This document shows, piece by piece, positions 7,745 to 16,586 of a stretch of 45,817 bases of DNA. Under the pieces are notes generated by a model. It was not told where the DNA came from. It made no database searches and saw only the letters and a program-made list of their open reading frames with translations. The DNA comes from a virus (Duplodnaviria; Caudoviricetes). Numbering within the stretch: position 1 is the first letter of the stretch; each line of letters opens with the position of its first letter. Position numbers and translations under genes: made by a program. The stretch lies in IMG/VR virus record IMGVR_UViG_3300046000_002502, positions 1-45,817 of that record, one strand, 5' to 3'.

Positions 7745-9807
7745 CAGAATGTTCCCCCAGAGATACCGCTTGTGGCGACTACAGTCGTAAATGTGCCAGC
7801 CGCAGCAGAGGCACCGCCAATTACCGTGCCATCAATCGTGCCAGCGTTTATATCGGCTGTGTCAGCAATTAGGCTGTCGATGTTGGCTGTTCCGTCAATG
7901 AACAAATCACGCCATTCATGTCCTGTTCTGCCAAGGTCATAAGTGTTATCTGTCGCAGGCGTAAATTCTGAATTGACACGACCTACAAAATTTATTGTGT
8001 CAGCGTTACTGCTGCCAAGCGTCGAGTTATCGTTTACAGTCAAATCTGTAAATGTTCCAGCCGCTGCTGTCGTAGCACCGACAGTCGTTCCGTTGATTGT
8101 TCCACCCGTCACGGCCACAGAAGTTGCATTCTGCGTGGACATTGTCCCCAAACCCGTAATGTCGGTGTTGGGGATAGTCGAAGAAGCTGTCAGCGCAGAT
8201 GTACCAGTGCCCTTAACATAGCCTGTTAAAGTTGTCGCACCCGTGCCGCCGTTCGCCACACCCAACGTGCCACTCAAAGTGACCGCACCCGTTGTGCCTG
8301 TGCTAGGTGTGAAGCCTGTTGTGCCTGCGCTGAAAGAGGTCACACCCGCCGCAGGAGCAGCCGCCCATGACGCTGTCGTACCGTCAGACGTCAGCAAGTA
8401 ACCGTTGGAGCCAATACCCAATCGAGTGGCGCTGTTTGTTCCGTTGCCGAGGATCAGGTCGCCAGTTGTGGTGATAGGCGACAAAGCGTTAAACGCTGTA
8501 CCTGCTGTTGTCTGGCCGGTGCCTCCAGAGGCAATAGCCAGAGTTGAAGACAGCCCTGCCGCAGTGCCTGTGGTGTTCTGGTTCCATGTAGGAATAGCAC
8601 CAGCTAGGTCTGCGTAAGCGATGCTGACGACACCGACCTGACCGTTAACAGAGCTGACCAAGTTGGTCTGGTCGATCTTCTGCCATGTGGCGCCGTTGAA
8701 GATCGCCCAGTCACCGACTTGCCAGTCAGTCACGCCATCCAGATTGGTCGAGCCAGCAACGGAGACAATGTAGTAGTAGCCGTTAACACCCGTGCTAGAA
8801 ACCAGCGTAGGTGTGTTGGTCGATGCGTTCCAAGATCCTTGGTACGACAAACCGCCAGTGAAACTTGCAGTCGTCGCGCTGGTAATCACACCCTTGGCAT
8901 TTACCGTGATCACGGGGATAGCAGTGGAAGACCCATAGGTATTCGCAGCAACGCCCGAAGCTGGCAGGTCTGCATTTACTAAGGAGCGGAAAGCTGTGGG
9001 AGCCGCAGCACCCGCCGCAGGACCGGCGTAGACCACATTGGCGGGCTGGTCCACAACCAACAGCGCAGAGCCCCATGTAGGCGCCCCAGCGCCACCTGAG
9101 ACCAGCACTTGGCCAGCAAGCCCAACAGGTCCGATGTACAAGCCGTCAGCGCCGGACCAGACAATAGCTCCCGCAGCGGCGACGAGACTGCGAGCAGTGC
9201 CGCCGTTGCTTAGGCCCAATATCCCATCGACTTCGTCATCTAATGCCAGATTGACTGCAGGATGCTTGTGGTCGGCGCGGGAGATATTGGTCGATGAACC
9301 AGCGGATCCTGTTTGGAATCCAGACTGCGGCGTCGCACTAGACAAGTTGGCCGTCAGGGTGACGTTGGCGTTTAACGCCCCGCCGCCACTCAGGCCAGTT
9401 CCAGCGATGACTTGGGTCGTGGTCGGGACGTAGCCAGATATGGTTGCCGGTATAGACGTCGCGGCCATCACTCGGCCAGTCGAGTCAACCGTGAAAACCG
9501 GGATGTCAGTTGCAGTCCCGTATGTGCCGGGCGTCACACCGCTAGAGGCAAGCTGCGACGAGCCAACGCCGCCGTTCGCGATGCTGAGGGTGACATTGCC
9601 AGTCAGCTGACCGCCGCCCGTCATGCCCGTTCCAGCGATCACCTGAGTGCTGGTCGGGACGCCAGCAACGGACAACAGATCACCGACACGGATTTGATAA
9701 TTGTTGCCCTGGTAGACAATCATCATCAAGCTGTTTTCGTCCGCAACCGGAGCGATGGGCAGCTGGGTCAGGCGTGTCGGTATTAGATTGCTGGGGACGT
9801 CAACCAT
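7744..9807 (-). CDS. long tail fibre-like structural protein
   Basis: 687 aa, G/T/S/A-rich; repeated SGVTPGTYG...VDSTGRV and ANGGTGATT motifs, YQGSWNASTNTP module. Confidence 0.75.
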   Translation of the reverse strand: MVDVPSNLIPTRLTQLPIAPVADENSLMMIVYQGNNYQIRVGDLLSVAGVPTSTQVIAGTGMTGGGQLTGNVTLSIANGGVGSSQLASSGVTPGTYGTATDIPVFTVDSTGRVMAATSIPATISGYVPTTTQVIAGTGLSGGGALNANVTLTANLSSATPQSGFQTGSAGSSTNISRADHKHPAVNLALDDEVDGILGLSNGGTARSLVAAAGAIVWSGADGLYIGPVGLAGQVLVSGGAGAPTWGSALLVVDQPANVVYAGPAAGAAAPTAFRSLVNADLPASGVAANTYGSSTAIPVITVNAKGVITSATTASFTGGLSYQGSWNASTNTPTLVSSTGVNGYYYIVSVAGSTNLDGVTDWQVGDWAIFNGATWQKIDQTNLVSSVNGQVGVVSIAYADLAGAIPTWNQNTTGTAAGLSSTLAIASGGTGQTTAGTAFNALSPITTTGDLILGNGTNSATRLGIGSNGYLLTSDGTTASWAAAPAAGVTSFSAGTTGFTPSTGTTGAVTLSGTLGVANGGTGATTLTGYVKGTGTSALTASSTIPNTDITGLGTMSTQNATSVAVTGGTINGTTVGATTAAAGTFTDLTVNDNSTLGSSNADTINFVGRVNSEFTPATDNTYDLGRTGHEWRDLFIDGTANIDSLIADTADINAGTIDGTVIGGASAAAGTFTTVVATSGISGGTF

Positions 9808-10116
9808 TTAAAACTCCAGATACCCGTTGCCATCTTCGGTAATAATAAACTCATCTCCAGCTTCTTGAATCAACCCAGCCGGGTGCGTGTTTATCGGAGT
9901 GTCAGGCCGAACGAACGGAAGAACAATCTGATCCGGAGCCCGAGGAGCAAGCCTGTATGGATCGTACTGGTCTTTATCTGCCTCGCAAACCATTAAACCC
10001 GGATAGTTCGGATCAGGCGAAAGTGCGGACAGGAACATCTTGCGAGAGCAACGCGCACATATCCCGATGCCATAGGTCGATTGGCCTGTCGGATCAAGAT
10101 ATAAAGCATTGCTCAT
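9808..10116 (-). CDS. small virion-associated protein with CxxC motif
   Basis: GICARCSRK...GLMVC; C-terminal IITEDGNGYLEF. Confidence 0.65.
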   Translation of the reverse strand: MSNALYLDPTGQSTYGIGICARCSRKMFLSALSPDPNYPGLMVCEADKDQYDPYRLAPRAPDQIVLPFVRPDTPINTHPAGLIQEAGDEFIITEDGNGYLEF

Positions 10117-11093
10117 CGGGTATAAACTCCAATTCCAGGGTTAATCTGAATTGGCGAGCCGTCATTATCCCCGTCCCATGCGCGCTGCATGCTGATGGCT
10201 TGGCGCTGCTCAAGGACAGGAATTAGGTTGATGTCAACAGCGGCAGTTTCCGCAGCAACTTTTGAGGCTAGACCGTCGACGATCGCCTGAAGCCAGCGTT
10301 GCGGAACCTCAACATCCTGCTGAAGGTTCTGGGTGTCCATTATTTGACGGTGGCGCCACAGGATCAGCTGGGCTTGTTCAGCCGCAGGGAAAGGCGCTGG
10401 CCATATGTAGACAACCGGAACCGGCAGGTCCCTCTGGTAGTAGAAATTGCTCGGGCGACCGGGGAAAACCTTGTTGCTTTGGTTGACGTAGTTGTCTCGG
10501 TTCAACTGCCCGAGAGGGATCTCGTTGGGCATGTTGCCGAGGGAGATCACTGCATAATTGATCGGGCTGGTCGATGTAATGCGGAAGTAAGGATAGGCGA
10601 GAGCGCCAGAGATGTCAGTCCAAGTAATCTCGCCAGCTGCCGCGACGACAGACGAAGTCCCAACCGTAACCCAGACAGTCCCATTGGTGCTGACCTGGAA
10701 GGTGACTGGGACAGAAGCTGCCGACCATTCAATTCCAACGGTATCGACCACCGTCTGAGAAGAGAAAGAAACTGTGTAGACTGTTGATGTTGAGACAACT
10801 GTCCCAGTCACAGGCTGGAGCGTCCGGTAGTTGAGGTTCAGAACGTCGACCGTACCAACAGGCAGCTCTACGACCGGCTGGTTTTGGTACATCGGAAGGA
10901 TCAGCTTCTCAATGCACCAACTCGGAGTTTTGATGTTCGCCATTTCTGACAGGAGCAAATACAGAGAATCGAGCGCATAGGATTGCATCTCGGCTGTGAT
11001 TGCTTGAGCCGGTAAACGACAGCGCCTGAAGGCGTGGTCAACCACCTTCAGCGCGTTAAACGTCGTACTACCGATACTGCCAGAATAGGCCAT
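10113..11093 (-). CDS. head-tail adaptor / tail tubular protein A-like, with inserted beta-sandwich
   Basis: Helical N-terminus (ALDSLYLLLSEMAN), GRPSNFYYQR...VYIWPAP and EVPQRWLQAIVDGLA; position after capsid genes. Confidence 0.6.
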   Translation of the reverse strand: MAYSGSIGSTTFNALKVVDHAFRRCRLPAQAITAEMQSYALDSLYLLLSEMANIKTPSWCIEKLILPMYQNQPVVELPVGTVDVLNLNYRTLQPVTGTVVSTSTVYTVSFSSQTVVDTVGIEWSAASVPVTFQVSTNGTVWVTVGTSSVVAAAGEITWTDISGALAYPYFRITSTSPINYAVISLGNMPNEIPLGQLNRDNYVNQSNKVFPGRPSNFYYQRDLPVPVVYIWPAPFPAAEQAQLILWRHRQIMDTQNLQQDVEVPQRWLQAIVDGLASKVAAETAAVDINLIPVLEQRQAISMQRAWDGDNDGSPIQINPGIGVYTR

Positions 11094-11154
11094 GCTGACT
11101 CCGGGTTGGGATTGATGGTGGCAGCTGATTCAGCAAACCCGGATCATTAAGAGT

Positions 11155-11643
11155 TTAGCAGCTTCCCTTAGCCATGCCACCCGTAGCTTTCCGCGTAATC
11201 ATCGGCTTGGAAGAATGAGCAGGAACGCCACCGCGAGACTTCTTAGTCATCTGGCCGCCCATGTTCATTTTTGTCTCACCACCATGCTTCATTTTTGAAT
11301 AGCCGTCATCCTTCATCATTTTGCCGCCCATGTTCATCTTTGCAGGGCCGCCATGCTTCATCATCGTCATCTCATTCGGCAACGCCGGTGCGGTGTTCCG
11401 CATCGTTTCGCCGGGGTTCTTGTTGGCCATAACCCCAAGAGCTCCACGATTGCGGAGCATACCCATAGGGGCTGCGGGAGCCTTAACAGTCTGGCGCTTA
11501 ACCATTTCCTCGCGCTTCATGCGCGGTGTTTCCATGGATTCACGCTTGACCATCGCCTTGCGGCTGGGGTACTTGCCGCCATCCTTCATCCCGGCGCCTT
11601 TGTCGGAAGTAAAGGTGAAATCTTTAACTTTTCCTACGGTCAT
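11155..11643 (-). CDS. basic low-complexity protein with seven xxxGG repeats (putative internal head protein)
   Basis: MKDGG, MKHGG x2, MNMGG x2, KSRGG, KATGG; K/M/G-rich. Confidence 0.65.
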   Translation of the reverse strand: MTVGKVKDFTFTSDKGAGMKDGGKYPSRKAMVKRESMETPRMKREEMVKRQTVKAPAAPMGMLRNRGALGVMANKNPGETMRNTAPALPNEMTMMKHGGPAKMNMGGKMMKDDGYSKMKHGGETKMNMGGQMTKKSRGGVPAHSSKPMITRKATGGMAKGSC

Positions 11644-11652
11644 GACCTTACC

Positions 11653-12063
11653 TCAAGCGGTTGCATAAGTTTTGATGCACTCAAGAACGATGGTGTAGGT
11701 GTCGCCAGCAGAATGGTCATGCGTTGTGAACGCAATGTCGCCCGTTCGGCCAGTACCCGTATTATTGGATATGCCGCCGAACGACGAAAAATCCATCAAG
11801 TACGGCCCGTTGGCCGGGATTAACCACGCCAAGAGGTTGGTGGTTGCCACCCAAAAAACACGGACTTCCATACCGTGCGCGGACATCCATATCTTGTTGA
11901 TCTTGACGCCGGTGCAAGCAAGCCCGAATGAGTTCGGGCTCAATGTCGAGACGTCCACCTTGACGACAGCAGTTTCGCCGGTTCCGTCAGAGATGTTCGT
12001 GAACTTCTGGATGACGAGACGTTCGCCATCAAGGATTGTCTGTGATGTTACATTGTCAGCCAT
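11653..12063 (-). CDS. putative virion structural protein
   Basis: 136-aa beta-rich ORF with GGAGG RBS in capsid module. Confidence 0.6.
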   Translation of the reverse strand: MADNVTSQTILDGERLVIQKFTNISDGTGETAVVKVDVSTLSPNSFGLACTGVKINKIWMSAHGMEVRVFWVATTNLLAWLIPANGPYLMDFSSFGGISNNTGTGRTGDIAFTTHDHSAGDTYTIVLECIKTYATA

Positions 12064-12080
12064 GTGGCCCTCCTGTGAAA

Positions 12081-12100
12081 ATGAGGGCCGAAGCCCTCAT
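12081..12100 (-). terminator. UUCG hairpin (possible terminator or processing/stability element)
   Basis: Minus strand ATGAGGGC-TTCG-GCCCTCAT followed by TTT. Confidence 0.6.
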
Positions 12101-12103
12101 TAA

Positions 12104-12589
12104 TTAGGCAGTACGTGTGAACACGTAAGCCGTTGCGCTGGAGAACATGAGAGTGTAACGCGCCAGACCTGTTACACCAGAGGCGACAGTTAAGTCACCA
12201 AAGCTGCCGGGGGTGTCAGCCGCGCCGCTAGACAAGATACCGTTCACGGCAACCGCAATGGTCACTGTGCTGGCGCCAGCAGTGTTGTCAATGTACAGGT
12301 CGAAAACTGTGCCTCTAGCTGCGCCCAGTGCTGCACCAAGCAGGGTGCCTGTGGGAAGCGTGATGGTGGTCGGTGCGGCAGAAGTAGAGGTGATGTAGCC
12401 GGTTGCTACCTCAGCTGCGGTAGCTGTTGCAGTGGCGTTGATTGCGGATGTCGTAGCGTGCGTTATACGGCCCGTTCCGGCGACGTTGCCCGTTATGTTG
12501 CCTGTCACGTTGCCTGTCACGTTGCCCGTGAGCGCACCGATGAAGCCGTTGGTCGAGGTAACTGGACCAGAGAATGTTGTTGAAGCCAT
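12104..12589 (-). CDS. putative head fibre / decoration protein
   Basis: MASTTFSGPVTSTNGF start with GAGGA RBS; (TGNV)n repeat; follows major capsid gene. Confidence 0.6.
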   Translation of the reverse strand: MASTTFSGPVTSTNGFIGALTGNVTGNVTGNITGNVAGTGRITHATTSAINATATATAAEVATGYITSTSAAPTTITLPTGTLLGAALGAARGTVFDLYIDNTAGASTVTIAVAVNGILSSGAADTPGSFGDLTVASGVTGLARYTLMFSSATAYVFTRTA

Positions 12590-12674
12590 GTTCAAATCCT
12601 CACATGCGAGATAAGCGCAACAGTCTGCATGTCGTCAGCCGGGACTGTCTGTTGCACCGGGAAGCCCGGTAGTC

Positions 12675-12708
12675 CCCTGCTCGGCTCGGGGAGGAGAGCC
12701 GAGCAGGG
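12675..12708 (-). terminator. 13-bp hairpin downstream of the major capsid gene
   Basis: CCCTGCTCGGCTC-N8-GAGCCGAGCAGGG perfect inverted repeat; no clear U tract. Confidence 0.55.
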
Positions 12709-12716
12709 TTGCTAGC

Positions 12717-13631
12717 TTAGACGCCAGCGGTGCCGTAGATGCCACGCGGGTCGGTCCAGCCAACCGTGTAACGCTCGGTAGCCTTGTAGCGCATGGAGTC
12801 GGTTTCGAAATCGCCTTCCATGGACTTGTCGAGGCCGCGACGCATCATCAGCTTCAAGCCTTCCGGAGCATCCGTCTGCACCCACCAAGCGGTGGAAGAC
12901 GTGATACGGGAAAGGTTGGCCTGACCCTTCGACAGCAGACCCATCGACTTGACGGGGTTGATGTCGTTGTCGGCGGTGCCAGTGCGGAGAACGCTCTTGA
13001 GGAGCACTTCAGCCTGGAACACGTTCGACGGACCAGTCACGATCTGCGTCGGCGTCAGACGGATACGCTTGCCGTTGTTGTCAACAGCGTTGCGGATCTG
13101 GATGAGCATCTGCTCAAGCGATGTCTGCGACAATGCAGCCGGTGTGCTGAGCACATTGCTGAAAGTGCCGCTGACGATCGGGTGGCTGGCGTTGTTAAGA
13201 GAAACGCCGTCGCCGCCCACGTACGCAGAGTTAAACGCACGGTTGAGGATGTTCGCCGAGAGCGTCTCCTTCGTCTCGATCAGAGACTGAGCCAAGTGCT
13301 TGGCATAGGTCTGGCCGATACGAATGTGATCGCCGTCTTCCACGAGGACCTTGGTCAGCGAGAACGCAAGACCGTAGACCTTGTAGAGGTAACGCTGCAG
13401 GAACAGCACGCCGCCGGACTGATAGCTAACAGCCATACCGTCGGGCAGCTCAGGCGCAGCGCCAAAACCATAGAGCACAGGCTCTTCGTGGTAGTTGCGC
13501 GGAATGCCCTTCTGCTCACGGAAGACCATCTTCCATTCGTCAGCACGCTGATCATAAACACCATCAAAAACTTCGTTCAGGATGGGCTCAACAACTGACC
13601 GGAAGTCAGTACTACGCATAGGAGTAGCCAT
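12717..13631 (-). CDS. major capsid protein (HK97 fold)
   Basis: 304 aa after scaffold and decoration genes; GGDGVSLNNASHP, DFETDSMRYKATERYTVGWTDPRGIYG motifs; GGGAGG RBS. Confidence 0.9.
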   Translation of the reverse strand: MATPMRSTDFRSVVEPILNEVFDGVYDQRADEWKMVFREQKGIPRNYHEEPVLYGFGAAPELPDGMAVSYQSGGVLFLQRYLYKVYGLAFSLTKVLVEDGDHIRIGQTYAKHLAQSLIETKETLSANILNRAFNSAYVGGDGVSLNNASHPIVSGTFSNVLSTPAALSQTSLEQMLIQIRNAVDNNGKRIRLTPTQIVTGPSNVFQAEVLLKSVLRTGTADNDINPVKSMGLLSKGQANLSRITSSTAWWVQTDAPEGLKLMMRRGLDKSMEGDFETDSMRYKATERYTVGWTDPRGIYGTAGV

Positions 13632-13645
13632 AGTTTAAGCCTCCC

Positions 13646-14245
13646 TTAAACAGAGTTGACAGCCGCCTTGTAGTGATGCTCGTTGATACGAACAGTTGCC
13701 ACTACATAAGCGTCGGTGAGCGAGTCATTGATGTTGTACGCAAAGCCGGTGATCTGGAACTGGCCAGAGGTCGCCTGAATCGCGGTCAGCAGGGTGTTCG
13801 AAAGACCCGTAGCAGTCGAACCACCGGGAGAAGCAACAGTCCAGTCGCATTCTTCGCCCACAGCGGTCTGAACCGTCGTGGTGCCAGGCGTGCCGGGGTT
13901 GTTGTACTGGACATCAAAGAGCGTCTCCGGGTCATCGTAGACCCAAGCAACGATCTCAGTGCCTGTAGCGCCCGACGGCCAGAAGGGGCTGATCGTCGGC
14001 TTGCCAGAAGAATCAAGATACTGGCAGCCAGCGAAGATGCCCAGCAGGGAGATGCCGTCAACGGTGCCCGAGCGGGTGCCGTCAGAGGTTCCGAGCTGGA
14101 TAACGCCGTTGTCGGTCAGCTTCACCGGATCACCGGAGAAGATGTTCGCGGCATATGTGCTCGTGATGGTGTAGGCCTTCGGTCGAATCTGACCACTGTT
14201 GTGGTAAGAGGCTCGAAAGCCAAAAGGTGCGCTAGTCGAGGACAT
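13646..14245 (-). CDS. capsid cement/decoration protein
   Basis: APFGFR...NIFSGDPV...GIFAGCQY...VYDDP motifs; directly upstream of MCP. Confidence 0.65.
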   Translation of the reverse strand: MSSTSAPFGFRASYHNSGQIRPKAYTITSTYAANIFSGDPVKLTDNGVIQLGTSDGTRSGTVDGISLLGIFAGCQYLDSSGKPTISPFWPSGATGTEIVAWVYDDPETLFDVQYNNPGTPGTTTVQTAVGEECDWTVASPGGSTATGLSNTLLTAIQATSGQFQITGFAYNINDSLTDAYVVATVRINEHHYKAAVNSV

Positions 14246-14273
14246 AGTAGCTCCTATTGGTTAAAGAGGGTGA

Positions 14274-14846
14274 TCAGGAGAGATCAAAGATCGCATCCCG
14301 GCGTTGCCCAATCTCCATATTGCCATCACCCAGGGTCAACCGCGACTTTGAGGACTTGGCCTGCTGCTCAAGGAACTCTGCAGTATCCGTGAGTTTTTCC
14401 TCTTCCCGCATAGGCGCATCGTGGTGCGCCTCAGTCATGTACTTTTCGTACAAGGACATCGGAAGCTTAAAGGCCAGCATCTCATTAACCCCGATGAAGC
14501 CCTGCCAGTCCCCAGTCTTGAGGGTGGCATATTCCCAGCCAGGAACGTCTTCTGGCTTGACGGGCTCGTAGCCCAGACGAATGCGCGTCTGGATGGAATC
14601 ACGAGGATTAGTCGTAGTAAGCCAGCAACAGTGCCAGCCGGGCATTTGAGGCAAGTCCGGTAGAGAGGACTGAAAGAACTGTTGACGGAACATAGCAACC
14701 CGCTCGTCATCAGAAATCGCTCGATTTTCCGTAACGGCCCTATCGGCCATCTTGCGGCTCTCGCGAATTCCGTCTTGTTGCCTGAGACCCTCGTTGCGGT
14801 TCTCGCGGCCACTTGCAGCAGATTTCTTAAAAAGTTCGTCGTTCAT
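14274..14846 (-). CDS. conserved head-module hypothetical protein
   Basis: LPDLPQMPGWHCCWL...RIRLGYEPV...EMLAFKLP pattern; between scaffold and capsid genes. Confidence 0.65.
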   Translation of the reverse strand: MNDELFKKSAASGRENRNEGLRQQDGIRESRKMADRAVTENRAISDDERVAMFRQQFFQSSLPDLPQMPGWHCCWLTTTNPRDSIQTRIRLGYEPVKPEDVPGWEYATLKTGDWQGFIGVNEMLAFKLPMSLYEKYMTEAHHDAPMREEEKLTDTAEFLEQQAKSSKSRLTLGDGNMEIGQRRDAIFDLS

Positions 14847-14907
14847 ATCCCGCTCCTTACAGCGATTGAAGACATTATGCAGTCTTCATGGGGAAAAAGA
14901 AAGTGTT

Positions 14908-15834
14908 TTATTGTTTGTTGTTCCGGTCGTACTCGGCATACTTCTTGACATACCGCATACGGAGGGTCGGATCGTCCCAGACGCCCGCATCAATCAAGGC
15001 CTGCTTACGGTCAGGATTGATGTAAACCTCGTTGCGGGTTGTCGCGGGAGCGTGCTCTCGCCCAGATCCAACGGCTGGCCCGCCTCGCGGCTGGCGATCA
15101 GACCTCTGGCTCGACTTTGAGTTCCCAAACTTCTCCGGGAGGCGACGAGCAGCTCGCGAACGAAGCTCGTCCCAATACTCTTCCGTCTGAGGGTTCAGGC
15201 CTTCTTTGGCCAAGGATTGGTCAATCGCCAAGACGATCGCTGAACTCTCGTCCCTGCCCTGCGCGTCATACCAAGGGTTGTCTTGGATGAACTCTTTCGC
15301 GTAGTGCATTGTTAAATCATCAACTTTAGGCATATTAGGCTGAGGGCGATTAGTCTCCTGCTTGGCAGCAAGGAGCTGGTTCATCGTCATCATAGCCTGA
15401 TCGCGGTAGCGCATCGCCTGCGTGACGTCAGTCCCGTTGCCGGAATCGACTGCCTTTGCGATTACACGTTCCGCAAGTTCGGCGTCGTTCTTGGCCTTGT
15501 TGATGCGGGCGTCGATCTGGCCCATGTCGATCTGCTGGAAACGCTGTTCGTGAACAGTGAACCTGCGCTCAAGATCGTCATTCCTCTTGCGAAGGAAATC
15601 CAGCTCCAGCTTATCCCTGCTGATCGCCTTCCCTCGCCGGTCTTTGCGCTCTTGCTTTTCTTGGCGGCGGCGTTCGCGAATAGCTTCACGCTCGCTCTCG
15701 TTATCGTCGCCTGAGCCCCGAGCAACTCGCTCATCGCCATCATCGGGATCATCATCCGGATCCTCTTCAACAATTACGAACTCTTCAGCGAGGGGCTTCT
15801 TATCCTCGTCGTCTTCTTTCATTACATTAGCCAT
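14908..15834 (-). CDS. capsid scaffolding protein
   Basis: Acidic N-terminus, long coiled coil, NPWY motif, C-terminal helix ending KKYAEY; position. Confidence 0.7.
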   Translation of the reverse strand: MANVMKEDDEDKKPLAEEFVIVEEDPDDDPDDGDERVARGSGDDNESEREAIRERRRQEKQERKDRRGKAISRDKLELDFLRKRNDDLERRFTVHEQRFQQIDMGQIDARINKAKNDAELAERVIAKAVDSGNGTDVTQAMRYRDQAMMTMNQLLAAKQETNRPQPNMPKVDDLTMHYAKEFIQDNPWYDAQGRDESSAIVLAIDQSLAKEGLNPQTEEYWDELRSRAARRLPEKFGNSKSSQRSDRQPRGGPAVGSGREHAPATTRNEVYINPDRKQALIDAGVWDDPTLRMRYVKKYAEYDRNNKQ

Positions 15835-15848
15835 TAGTCATCTCCTTG

Positions 15849-16259
15849 TCAGATGAATGCTTTCACTGCAATCGGGTCGCCGATTACATCGCCGAGAAGG
15901 TCAAGATCATTGAAGATCACGAACATGGCGCTGTCGTCGCTATTGATGGCAACTTCCCATCTGTCGCCGCCATACTTGGGGACACGAACAAATTGCCCCG
16001 GCGAACACCAATCGCCCTCTGGCCAGTTCGCCAAAGTTGTCCGGTTTTTGAACGCACCCGGACCCATGGAAATAACTTTGGCAACTTGAGTGTTCCACTT
16101 TTCAGTGTCTCTAGTCTCTTCGGCAAAGTGAATACCGAACTTAGACTTCTTTTTTGGAGTGCGGATTTGCACCAGAACGCGGCTACCGAAAGGCCGAATA
16201 CCAGGACATACTGGCGGAAAGGCCTCTGCAATGGCGTTCTCAAAGGTCTCGTTCTCCAT
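15849..16259 (-). CDS. groES: GroES-like co-chaperonin
   Basis: IRPFGSRVLV, AKVISMGPGA, VRVPKYGG, IFNDLDLLG; start chosen from GAGGAG RBS. Confidence 0.85.
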   Translation of the reverse strand: MENETFENAIAEAFPPVCPGIRPFGSRVLVQIRTPKKKSKFGIHFAEETRDTEKWNTQVAKVISMGPGAFKNRTTLANWPEGDWCSPGQFVRVPKYGGDRWEVAINSDDSAMFVIFNDLDLLGDVIGDPIAVKAFI

Positions 16260-16437
16260 ATTTCTCCTCATTGGTTAACTGCAAAAGTATGTTGATGGCT
16301 GCCTCGTAACCGGCAACCAGACCAACGCGATACCCATACTCAAAAGCATTGCGTTCTTGCGGTCGGCTCAAGGCATCGAGAGCAAAGTCTCTTTGTGCTG
16401 CCTTGAGCCGGTCCAGAAGTTGTGTTTCGAAGTTCAC
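16240..16437 (-). CDS. hypothetical protein
   Basis: 65-aa helical ORF, GTG start overlapping the upstream stop. Confidence 0.65.
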   Translation of the reverse strand: MNFETQLLDRLKAAQRDFALDALSRPQERNAFEYGYRVGLVAGYEAAINILLQLTNEEKYGERDL

Positions 16438-16571
16438 GGATTAGGCTTCGAGTATTTCGGCGGCTTCGGAAGGTTCTGCCCGTCGACCTTCAGCCCCGCT
16501 GCAAGGCGGTGCTTCTGCTTCACTTCGGGGTTATCAAGGGACACAGTCCCAGTGGTCGGCTTGTCAGTCAT
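16434..16571 (-). CDS. small hypothetical protein (45 aa; not in ORF track)
   Basis: Manual translation MTDKPTTGTVSLDNPEVKQKHRLAAGLKVDGQNLPKPPKYSKPNP; AAGGAG RBS; GTGA overlap with next gene. Confidence 0.6.
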   Translation of the reverse strand: MTDKPTTGTVSLDNPEVKQKHRLAAGLKVDGQNLPKPPKYSKPNP

Positions 16572-16586
16572 TACAACTCTCCTTCA

